Origin: Candidatus Binataceae bacterium
GTDB lineage: Bacteria; Desulfobacterota; Binatia; Binatales; Binataceae
DNA: 64,000 nucleotides
Assembly: GCA_035500095.1 (NCBI GenBank)
Contig: DATJXN010000089.1
Coordinates: 370-64,369, forward strand
Reading direction: 5' to 3'
Shown: in pieces, positions 16,239 through 23,785 of the stretch
Numbering within the stretch: position 1 is the stretch's first letter
How the letters are laid out: each line of letters starts with the position of its first letter
The notes under the pieces: model-generated
The model's input: the letters and a program-made list of their open reading frames with translations, nothing else
Told to the model about the DNA's origin: nothing
Databases searched by the model: none
Translations under genes and position numbers: made by a program

Positions 16239-17714
16239 ATGGCTCAGGGCGGCGCACCGCGAATCGCGATTCTCGGCGGCGGAATCGGCGGGCTCAGCGC
16301 CGCATTTCGACTGCTGGAATTGTCGGCCCGGCATGAAGCGCCGCTCGAGGTCACGCTGCTCGAGCGCAGCGCGCGCCTTGGCGGCCCGCTCTATACGATC
16401 CGCGAGCGGGACTTCATCGCCGAGGCGGGCGCCGACTCGTTCCTTACCGAAAAGCCCTGGGCGCTGGACCTCGCGCGCCGCGTCGGCCTCGAAGACGACC
16501 TGATCGCGACGTGCGCCGAGTTCCGCCGAACCTACGTCGTGCGCCGCGGCGAGCTGGTTGAAATTCCCGAAGGCTTCTCGCTGCTCGCGCCGGCGCGGAT
16601 GCTGCCGATGCTTAAAAGTCCGCTGCTCTCTCCGCTCGGCAAGCTGCGGGTGATGATCGAACCGGTGATTCCGCGCCGCCGCGGCGATCGCGACGAAAGC
16701 CTCGCGTCATTCGTTACGCGCCGCCTCGGCCGCGAGGTGCTCGACAGAATCGCGCAGCCGCTGGCCGGCGGAATCTACACCGCCGACCCGGCCAGGCTCA
16801 GCCTTAAGGCGACGCTGCCGCGCTTTGCCGAAATGGAAGCGCGCTACGGCAGCTTGATCCGCGGATTGCGGGCGGCGGCGCGCAAGCAGAGCGCCGCGCC
16901 CGGCGGCACCAGCGGGGCGCGATGGAGCCTGTTCGCGAGCCTTCGCGGCGGAGTCGGCACCCTGGTCGAGGCGCTCGCGCAAAGGCTGGGCGAGCGCGTG
17001 CGGCGCGGGGTCGAAGTCGTCGCGCTCGAGCGGATAGCAGGCGGCGCAGACGGGCGCGGGACGCGATGGCGCGTGGCGATGGCCGACGGAGCCGCGCTGG
17101 AGGCTGACGCGGTGATTTGCGCACTGCCGGCCTATCGCGCCGCGCCGCTCTTCGAAACGTGCGCATCCCCGCTTGCGCGCGCGCTCGCGGCGATCGGCTA
17201 CGCGTCGGCGGCGGTGGTCAACCTGGCGTATCGCGAAGGCGACCTTCCGCGCGCGCCGCGCGGCTTCGGCTTCGTCGTCCCCGCACTCGAGCATCGCAGA
17301 ATCATCGCCTGCAGTTTCACCAGCCTCAAGTACGAGGGCCGCGCGCCGGCCGGGACGATCCTGGTGCGCGGGTTCGTCGGCGGCGCGATGCAAAGCGAAC
17401 TGATGGCGCTCGACGACGCCGCGATGGTCGCAGTCGTGCGCGAGGAGTTTCGTGCGCTGCTCGGCGCCGAGGTGGCGCCGCTGTGGTCGCACGTCTGCCG
17501 ATGGCCCGATTCGATGCCGCAGTATGCGGTGGGGCATCATGGACGCGTGGCGGAAATCGAGCGCGCGGCGGCCGCCTTGCCCGGACTCGAGCTTGCGGGC
17601 GCGGCGCTGCGCGGCGTCGGAATTCCCGACTGCGTGCTAAGCGGCGAGCGCGCGGCACAGACGGTTTTTTCGGAGCTCGGGCGGGCGCGAGCGCCGGCGC
17701 GAGCATCAGGATGA
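16239..17714 (+). CDS. hemY: Protoporphyrinogen/coproporphyrinogen III oxidase, HemY type (FAD)
   Basis: RIAILGGGIGGLSAAFRL dinucleotide fold, then SMPQYAVGH and GAALRGVGIPDCV. The start is an internal ATG of track ORF 15561..17714. Confidence 0.85.
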   Translation: MAQGGAPRIAILGGGIGGLSAAFRLLELSARHEAPLEVTLLERSARLGGPLYTIRERDFIAEAGADSFLTEKPWALDLARRVGLEDDLIATCAEFRRTYVVRRGELVEIPEGFSLLAPARMLPMLKSPLLSPLGKLRVMIEPVIPRRRGDRDESLASFVTRRLGREVLDRIAQPLAGGIYTADPARLSLKATLPRFAEMEARYGSLIRGLRAAARKQSAAPGGTSGARWSLFASLRGGVGTLVEALAQRLGERVRRGVEVVALERIAGGADGRGTRWRVAMADGAALEADAVICALPAYRAAPLFETCASPLARALAAIGYASAAVVNLAYREGDLPRAPRGFGFVVPALEHRRIIACSFTSLKYEGRAPAGTILVRGFVGGAMQSELMALDDAAMVAVVREEFRALLGAEVAPLWSHVCRWPDSMPQYAVGHHGRVAEIERAAAALPGLELAGAALRGVGIPDCVLSGERAAQTVFSELGRARAPARASG

Positions 17715-18949
17715 CTCCCGGTGGCGCGGCATCGTGGCCGCGCGTAATCGCGCACGCCGACATGGACGCGTTTTACGCGTCGGTCGAGCAACTGGACAAT
17801 CCCGCGCTGCGCGGCCTGCCGGTGATCGTCGGCGCGCGCAGCCGGCGCGGCGTCGTGACCTCGGCTTCGTACGAAGCGCGCCGCTTCGGAGTGCGCTCGG
17901 CGATGCCCGCGCACGAAGCGCATCGGCTATGCCCTAACGGCGTCTTCGTGCCCGGACGGATGGCGCGTTACGCGGAAATCTCGCGCGCGGTGCGCGCCGT
18001 TTTCGACGAGTTCAGCCCGATCGTCGAACCGCTCTCGCTCGACGAAGCCTTTCTCGATCTCACCGGGACGCATCGCCTGTTCGCCTCGCCGACCGAGGCC
18101 GGGGACGCGCTCAAGCGCCGCGTGCGCGAGGCGACCGGCCTCGTGGTGTCGGTCGGAATCGCGCCGACCAAAATGGCGGCAAAAATTCTGAGCGATCTTT
18201 CCAAGCCTGACGGTCTCCAGATAGTCGGGCCGGAGGGCCTCGTCGATTTTCTAAGTCCGCTGCCGGTCGAGCGGCTGTGGGGCGTCGGAAGAATGACGCT
18301 CACGCGGATGAATCAGGTGGGAATCGCCACGGTGGGCGATCTCGCGCGCGCCGACGCCGCGAAGCTGCGCGCGATGTTCGGCGCAATGGGGCCGCATCTG
18401 CACGAACTCGCGCTCGGACACGATCCGCGTGCGGTCGTCGGCAACGGCGAACGCAAATCCTACGGCGAAGAAAGCACGTTCGAGCACGACCTCGCGCTCG
18501 AGTCGATAGACCTCGCGCGCGTGCTTATCGCGCACGCCGATGCGCTCGGGCGGCGGCTTCGCGCCGACCGGGTCCGCGCGCGCACCGTGACGCTCAAGCT
18601 CAAACTCGCGCGGCCACTTGGGCAGGGCCGCTACCCGATCCTCACGCGCAGCCAGTCCCTGGAGGCGCCAACCGACGACGGCGCCGAAATCTCGCGCGTC
18701 GCGCGCGCGATGCTTGCGCGCGTGAGCGAACGCGAGCGGGTGAGGCTCGCCGGCGTCCAGGTGCACAACCTGGTGCGCGACGCCGAGACCGCACAACTCG
18801 CCCTGTTCGGCGCGGCGCCGGCGCACGACGCGCGCCGCGATCGGCTGAACCGCGCGCTCGACCAGGTTGCCGAGCGCTTCGGCGAAGAAGCGGTCACGCG
18901 CGGACTCGCCCATGCGGAACGCGCCGCGCCCACACGCCGGATAAAGTAG
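17711..18949 (+). CDS. dinB: DNA polymerase IV (Y-family)
   Basis: Motifs: IAHADMDAFYASVEQ, SLDEAFLDLTG, GIAPTKMAAKILSD. ATG 17711 overlaps the hemY stop (ATGA). Confidence 0.9.
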   Translation: MTPGGAASWPRVIAHADMDAFYASVEQLDNPALRGLPVIVGARSRRGVVTSASYEARRFGVRSAMPAHEAHRLCPNGVFVPGRMARYAEISRAVRAVFDEFSPIVEPLSLDEAFLDLTGTHRLFASPTEAGDALKRRVREATGLVVSVGIAPTKMAAKILSDLSKPDGLQIVGPEGLVDFLSPLPVERLWGVGRMTLTRMNQVGIATVGDLARADAAKLRAMFGAMGPHLHELALGHDPRAVVGNGERKSYGEESTFEHDLALESIDLARVLIAHADALGRRLRADRVRARTVTLKLKLARPLGQGRYPILTRSQSLEAPTDDGAEISRVARAMLARVSERERVRLAGVQVHNLVRDAETAQLALFGAAPAHDARRDRLNRALDQVAERFGEEAVTRGLAHAERAAPTRRIK

Positions 18950-18988
18950 GTCCTGCTAACGTAGGTCCTGCGGCTGAACCGCTGACGG

Positions 18989-19270
18989 CTATTTGCGGCG
19001 CACGGCGCGAAGCCCGGGCCGCGTCAGCTGCCGGAGCAGCCAGCAACGCTCCTTGGATCCGCTCGCGCGCGAACTGGCAAGACATCCGTCGCACAGCACA
19101 CCCCGGAATTCATGTTCGGTCCTCCGATGGCTGTCGTCAACCGGATGGAGTCCGGACCGCACCGACACGTCCGGCTTCAGTTCGCGGCAACAATCGCAAG
19201 CCAAGCACGACAGAAACAGCGGCTCGAGCGTTGAGCCGCCGATCATCGGAGTCTTGATCGCGGCGTCCAC
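18989..19270 (-). CDS. Hypothetical small Cys-rich protein (very uncertain)
   Basis: Open frame with GC-rich third positions and the Cys pattern CLACDCC...CDGC. No convincing SD and no recognisable family. Confidence 0.25.
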   Translation of the reverse strand: MDAAIKTPMIGGSTLEPLFLSCLACDCCRELKPDVSVRSGLHPVDDSHRRTEHEFRGVLCDGCLASSRASGSKERCWLLRQLTRPGLRAVRRK

Positions 19271-19328
19271 GGCATTTTTTTAGCCAGGATGTCCGAATTC
19301 GGGAGATATCCGATGTCTCACTCACGAA

Positions 19329-19559
19329 TCAGTGCGTTTCTTGATGGGGCACCGCCTGTCCCGTGCTTGAGGCAACCATCCCGTACCGGTAAAGGATCAG
19401 CGCTCCCGCCAGACCGGTCCCTACCACGGAACACATGACCAGCAGGGTTCCAGTAACCATGCTGAAGCGCAGGGAAAGGCCAAGTCCGATGCTGGCGACA
19501 CCTGCCAGCATCATCGCACTGAGAAGTACGACAAAGTTCGTAAGTTTGTGCGGTTGCAT
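19329..19559 (-). CDS. Small membrane protein, 76 aa, two predicted TM segments
   Basis: ATG preceded by AAGGAG with a 6-nt spacer. Hydrophobic stretches FVVLLSAMMLAGVASIGLGL and LLVMCSVVGTGLAGALILY. Confidence 0.6.
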   Translation of the reverse strand: MQPHKLTNFVVLLSAMMLAGVASIGLGLSLRFSMVTGTLLVMCSVVGTGLAGALILYRYGMVASSTGQAVPHQETH

Positions 19560-19680
19560 GATCAGCTCCTTCGCGAAGACATCATTCGCCGCGGCAGAGG
19601 AGCATCAAGTGTGCCGTGGCCTGTTCAGGAGCTTGAGTCCTCACTGCGAGCGCGCGGTAATCGCCATTCGCCGCCGGTAT

Positions 19681-19722
19681 TTGACGGCGCGCGGCTCAGC
19701 ATCATAATGCTAGGCTCAGCAT
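19681..19722 (+). promoter_or_regulatory. Candidate sigma70-type promoter of leuC with embedded palindrome and flanking direct repeat
   Basis: TTGACG (19681-86), 16-nt spacer, CATAAT (19703-08). The -10 lies inside AGCAT-CATA-ATGCT (19698-19711). GGCTCAGCAT is repeated at 19693-19702 and 19713-19722. Confidence 0.5.
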
Positions 19723-19750
19723 TTATCCCGAGAAGAGGCTGGTTCCCGTC

Positions 19751-21163
19751 ATGGCGGCTGAGACGCTTTTCGAAAAAATCTGGCAGACTCACGTGGTCCG
19801 CGAGCAACTGGGCGAACCCGCGCTGCTCTATATCGATCTGCATCTGGTGCACGAGGTCACTTCGCCGCAGGCCTTCGAAGCGCTCCGCAACAGCGGGCGC
19901 AAGGTGCGCGCGCTCGACCGCACCTTCGGCACCCAGGACCACAACGTTCCGACCACCGATCGCACCAAGCCGATCGCCGACCTCGATTCGAAGGCGCAGA
20001 TCGAAATGATGCGCCGCAACTGCCAGGAGTTCGGCGTGCGCCTGTTCGACCTCGGCGCGCCCGAACAGGGCATCGTCCACGTCATCGGGCCCGAGCTCGG
20101 CCTTACGCAGCCCGGGATGACGATCGTATGCGGCGACAGCCATACCGCAACCCACGGCGCGTTGGGCTCGCTCGCCTTCGGCGTCGGCACGAGCGAGGTC
20201 GAGCACGTGCTCGCGACGCAATGCCTGTGGCAGGCCAAGCCGAAGACGCTCGAGATTCGCGTCGACGGACGGCTTAAGCCCGGCGTCACCGCCAAGGATC
20301 TGATCCTCGGCATCATCGGACGCATCACCACCGACGGCGGCACCGGCCACGTCATCGAGTACCGCGGCGAAGCGATCGAAGCGCTCTCGATGGAAGAGCG
20401 GATGACGGTGAGCAACATGTCGATCGAGGCGGGCGCGCGCGCCGGGATGATCGCGGCGGACGCCAAGACCGTCGAATACCTGCGCGGGCGGCGTTTCGTG
20501 CCGACGGGCGCGGAGTTCGATCGGGCGGCCGAGCGATGGCTCAGGTTTCGCACCGACGACGGCGCGCGCTTCGACAAGAGCATCGCGTTCGACGCCGCAT
20601 CGTTCGCGCCCCAGGTGACGTGGGGAACGAATCCCGGGATGGTGGTCGAGGTCACCGGCAAGGTGCCGGATCCGGCAAGCCTCAAGAGCGCGGCGGAGCG
20701 GCAGGCGGTCGAGCGCGCGCTCGACTACATGGGGCTCGCGCCGGGCATGCCGATCCAGGACATCCGCGTCGACCGCGTTTTTATCGGATCCTGCACCAAC
20801 TCGCGAATCAGCGATCTGCGCGCCGCTGCCGACATCGTGCGCGGACGCAAGGTCGCCAAGGGCGTGCAGGCGATGGTGGTTCCGGGATCGCAGCAGGTCA
20901 AGGCCGAGGCCGAAAAGCTCGGGCTCGATCGGGTCTTCCTCGACGCGGGCTTCGAGTGGCGCGAATCCGGATGCAGCATGTGCCTGGGGATGAACCCCGA
21001 CATCCTGAAACCCGGCGAGCGCTGCGCGAGCACCTCGAACCGCAATTTCGAAGGCCGCCAGGGCAAGGGTGGACGCACGCATCTGGTGAGTCCCGCGATG
21101 GCCGCGGCAGCAGCGGTGAACGGACACTTCGTCGACGTGCGCGAGTGGCCGGCGCGCCAGTAG
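19751..21163 (+). CDS. leuC: 3-isopropylmalate dehydratase large subunit
   Basis: Motifs: [56 protein letters not shown]. Confidence 0.95.
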   Translation: MAAETLFEKIWQTHVVREQLGEPALLYIDLHLVHEVTSPQAFEALRNSGRKVRALDRTFGTQDHNVPTTDRTKPIADLDSKAQIEMMRRNCQEFGVRLFDLGAPEQGIVHVIGPELGLTQPGMTIVCGDSHTATHGALGSLAFGVGTSEVEHVLATQCLWQAKPKTLEIRVDGRLKPGVTAKDLILGIIGRITTDGGTGHVIEYRGEAIEALSMEERMTVSNMSIEAGARAGMIAADAKTVEYLRGRRFVPTGAEFDRAAERWLRFRTDDGARFDKSIAFDAASFAPQVTWGTNPGMVVEVTGKVPDPASLKSAAERQAVERALDYMGLAPGMPIQDIRVDRVFIGSCTNSRISDLRAAADIVRGRKVAKGVQAMVVPGSQQVKAEAEKLGLDRVFLDAGFEWRESGCSMCLGMNPDILKPGERCASTSNRNFEGRQGKGGRTHLVSPAMAAAAAVNGHFVDVREWPARQ

Positions 21164-21229
21164 CCGCGCGCGCACGCGATCCGCGATTCGTGCCCGCCCA
21201 AGCCTCCGGAAGAAGCCGGGAACAGGAAC

Positions 21230-21934
21230 CTAGCGCTCGCGGGCGGCCGGCATCCTGGCCAGCCGTTTGCCATTGGGCCCGTACAGCGAAACCGACGGCG
21301 CGCCGCTGCCCGAAACCACCACTTCCGCGCGCCCCTCGCCTCCTTCGTCGTACAAACCGAGGCCGGCCGCGCCGTCGGGCCTGAGCGCGACCTCGAGGCG
21401 CCGCCTGCCGCTTGTGTCGTAGAGCACGACCGACGGCGCGCCGTCGATGCTCAAGCGGATCGCGGCGCGCACGCCGCCGTTCGCGTCGCTGAGCGCGAGC
21501 GCCGGTGCGCCGTCTTCGAGCGCGAGCGTGGCGCGACGCTCGCCGCGCGCGTCAACGAGGACAAATTCTTCGGCGACCACCCGCCTGGGCGGCGCTGAGG
21601 ATCGGGCGCTCGATTCGGCCGTCAAACTCGAATCGGCGCTCAATCCGGGCGGTCGCTCCGCCTGCGGCGGCGAGGTTTCCGCGATCGTCTCGACAGTGCT
21701 CTTATCGACGATGCTCTCGTCGACAATGCTCTCCACCTGAATCTCGGTGATGCTCTCGACCGCGTCGCGGAAGCGGCCGATCGTCGCGTCGGTGCCGCTC
21801 TCGACGGTTGCGCGGGGACTCGTTTCGCAACCGGCGGCGGAATTGGCGCTTTGCGGCGCGGCGCCGCTCAAGCTCTCGCTAACGGCCTTGGGATCGGGAA
21901 CGAGCTGCGGCCATTGTCGATGCGTCGGCGCCAC
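21230..21934 (-). CDS. Hypothetical protein with about 4.5 tandem 23-residue repeats (LYDxxGxxRxxLxxxxDGxPxLx)
   Basis: C-terminal half reads LVDARGERRATLALEDGAPALA / LSDANGGVRAAIRLSIDGAPSVV / LYDTSGRRRLEVALRPDGAAGLG / LYDEGGEGRAEVVVSGSGAPSVS / LYGPNGKRL. N-terminal half is low-complexity Ser/Glu/Val-rich. Confidence 0.55.
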   Translation of the reverse strand: MAPTHRQWPQLVPDPKAVSESLSGAAPQSANSAAGCETSPRATVESGTDATIGRFRDAVESITEIQVESIVDESIVDKSTVETIAETSPPQAERPPGLSADSSLTAESSARSSAPPRRVVAEEFVLVDARGERRATLALEDGAPALALSDANGGVRAAIRLSIDGAPSVVLYDTSGRRRLEVALRPDGAAGLGLYDEGGEGRAEVVVSGSGAPSVSLYGPNGKRLARMPAARER

Positions 21935-22333
21935 GAAGCGGAGTCTAAACCCCGCGCCTCGCTCTCACAAGCACGCTCGCGCGGGAACGTTACGCACAGC
22001 GATCGAAGACTTTCAGTGGATACGTGTTTTGGAAAATTCTTGCCCCGACAATGCGAGTGCGTTACTTACGGGACGAGTCTTTATCATGCTTTTCCAATCG
22101 ACACGAAGTTGAAACCGCTTACATCAGCTTTAACCATTCAAGCCGCATGGCGCCCGCAAATCGGCGCACCGGGCCGATGGCGAGGTGTTGATGAAAGCGC
22201 GACTGCCTGATTGGAAAGCGAGATCCAGGCTCTCGGGAGTTCGCGGCGCTGGGCGCCGAACAGGGTGCGCCTGTTGGGTTCAAGGTCCGCTGGACGCTGG
22301 GAGTTTGCTTTGCAACTAGGAGGAGGCAGGGAG

Positions 22334-22831
22334 TTGGACGATTCATTCATTTCTCTTCAACCCGATCAGGCAGTAGCCAAGGTCTTCGACCCGATGAAGT
22401 CGGCCGAGGATACGCTCGCGCGGCTGGCAAAGGTGCTGGAGCCGATGGGCCAGTTGGCGCAGTTGGCCAACGTCTTCGACCCGATCCGGACGTTCCAGGA
22501 TGAACTGGCTGACGTGGCGGCGGCATTCGAGCCGATCAAGGGCTTCCAGGGCCATCTCGAGAACCTGGCCAACCGCTTCGAGCCGATGCGCGCCTTCCAG
22601 AGCCAGCTCGAGCGCGTGGCAGCGGCCTTTCACGAACAGTTGGTGCAACTGGCCGAGGCGATGGAACCGGCGACCGCGTTCCAGGATCAGCTGCAGCATC
22701 TGATCAAGGCCTTCGAGCCGGCCAAGGCGCTCCAGCGCCGCTTCGTCGAGCTGTCGCGCGCGTTCAGCGCGAACGGCACCGCGAGCGCCAACGGGACCGG
22801 CGCTCAGAACGGCAAGGCCGCGGAAGCCTGA
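22334..22831 (+). CDS. Hypothetical helical-repeat protein built of 17-residue F(E/D)Pxxx(F)QxxLxxLAxx units
   Basis: Units: FDPMKSAEDTLARLAKV / LEPMGQLAQLANV / FDPIRTFQDELADVAAA / FEPIKGFQGHLENLANR / FEPMRAFQSQLERVAAA... / MEPATAFQDQLQHLIKA / FEPAKALQRRFVELSRA. TTG 22334 lies 7 nt after GGAGGAGG (track start 22211 is less likely). Confidence 0.6.
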   Translation: MDDSFISLQPDQAVAKVFDPMKSAEDTLARLAKVLEPMGQLAQLANVFDPIRTFQDELADVAAAFEPIKGFQGHLENLANRFEPMRAFQSQLERVAAAFHEQLVQLAEAMEPATAFQDQLQHLIKAFEPAKALQRRFVELSRAFSANGTASANGTGAQNGKAAEA

Positions 22832-23076
22832 CAAACCGGCGCGCTGGCCCGCGGAGAGCATTTCGCTCTTGCGGCGCGCGCTGCGCCGCAAGGGTAAGCG
22901 ATCGAACGGCCGCTCGATGAGCTGGTCGCGCGCGCGTGGGCTATGGCTCATGCACGCGGGCCGGATCGAGCGGCCTGTGGATTTGGGCGAACGCCGATTT
23001 GTGCTATTGAATCGGCTCCGGCATCGGGTGCGTTTTCGCGCCGCGCCGGCAGTCTTCCATCCAGGATGAGAGCGAG

Positions 23077-23667
23077 ATGCAACCGTTCAGGAATTTCACC
23101 GGACTGGTCGCTCCGATGGACCGGTCCAACGTCGACACTGACCAGGTAATTCCCAAGCAGTTCTTAAAAGCCGTGGTGCGCAGCGGCCTCGGCAAGGGTC
23201 TCTTCTTCGACTGGCGCGATCAGCCCGACAAGGGCTACGTGCTCGACCAGCCGCGCTTCAAAGGCGCGACGATCCTGGTCGCGCGGGCCAATTTCGGATG
23301 CGGCAGCTCGCGCGAGCACGCGGTATGGGCGCTCGCCGACTTCGGATTCAAGGCGGCGATCGCGACTTCGTTCGCCGACATCTTCCGCAACAACGCGCTC
23401 AAGAACGGCTTCCTGCCGATAATCCTGAAGCCCGAAGAGGTCGACGCGATCTTCGTCGCAATCAAGCATCACGAAGGCTACGAGCTGACTATCGATCTTC
23501 CGGCGCAGACGGTCTCCGACAAGTTCGGATGGTCGGCGCATTTCGAGATCGATCCGTTCCCCAAGAAATGCTTTATCGAGGGGCTCGACGACGTGGGGCT
23601 GACGCTCGCCCACGAAAAAGAGATCGCCGCCTACGAGAAAACCCATCCCGCGCCCTATCGACTCTAG
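23077..23667 (+). CDS. leuD: 3-isopropylmalate dehydratase small subunit
   Basis: Motifs: MDRSNVDTDQVIPKQFLK, NFGCGSSREHAVWAL, SFADIFRNNALKNG. Confidence 0.95.
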   Translation: MQPFRNFTGLVAPMDRSNVDTDQVIPKQFLKAVVRSGLGKGLFFDWRDQPDKGYVLDQPRFKGATILVARANFGCGSSREHAVWALADFGFKAAIATSFADIFRNNALKNGFLPIILKPEEVDAIFVAIKHHEGYELTIDLPAQTVSDKFGWSAHFEIDPFPKKCFIEGLDDVGLTLAHEKEIAAYEKTHPAPYRL

Positions 23668-23736
23668 GACTCACCAGGATCGCGCTCTAGAAAATCAGGA
23701 CTCCAAGACCGCGTTCCAGGACTCCGGGACCGCGCG
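23666..23736. repeat. Three direct copies of AGGACTC(N)C-RRG-A(N)CCGCG upstream of rluD
   Basis: Copies: AGGACTCACCAGGATCGCG (23666-), AGGACTCCAAGACCGCG (23697-), AGGACTCCGGGACCGCG (23718-). Copies 2 and 3 are 21 nt apart. Confidence 0.6.
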
Positions 23737-23770
23737 CAGAGCTCAGGGGCCGCCATCGCCGCGGCGGGGC

Positions 23771-23779
23771 TGCTATAAT
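23771..23779 (+). promoter_or_regulatory. Extended -10 element TGCTATAAT, 6 nt upstream of the rluD GTG start (implies a leaderless mRNA)
   Basis: Exact TGnTATAAT match. No SD is possible in the 6-nt gap before GTG 23786. Confidence 0.4.
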
Positions 23780-23785
23780 TGCGCG

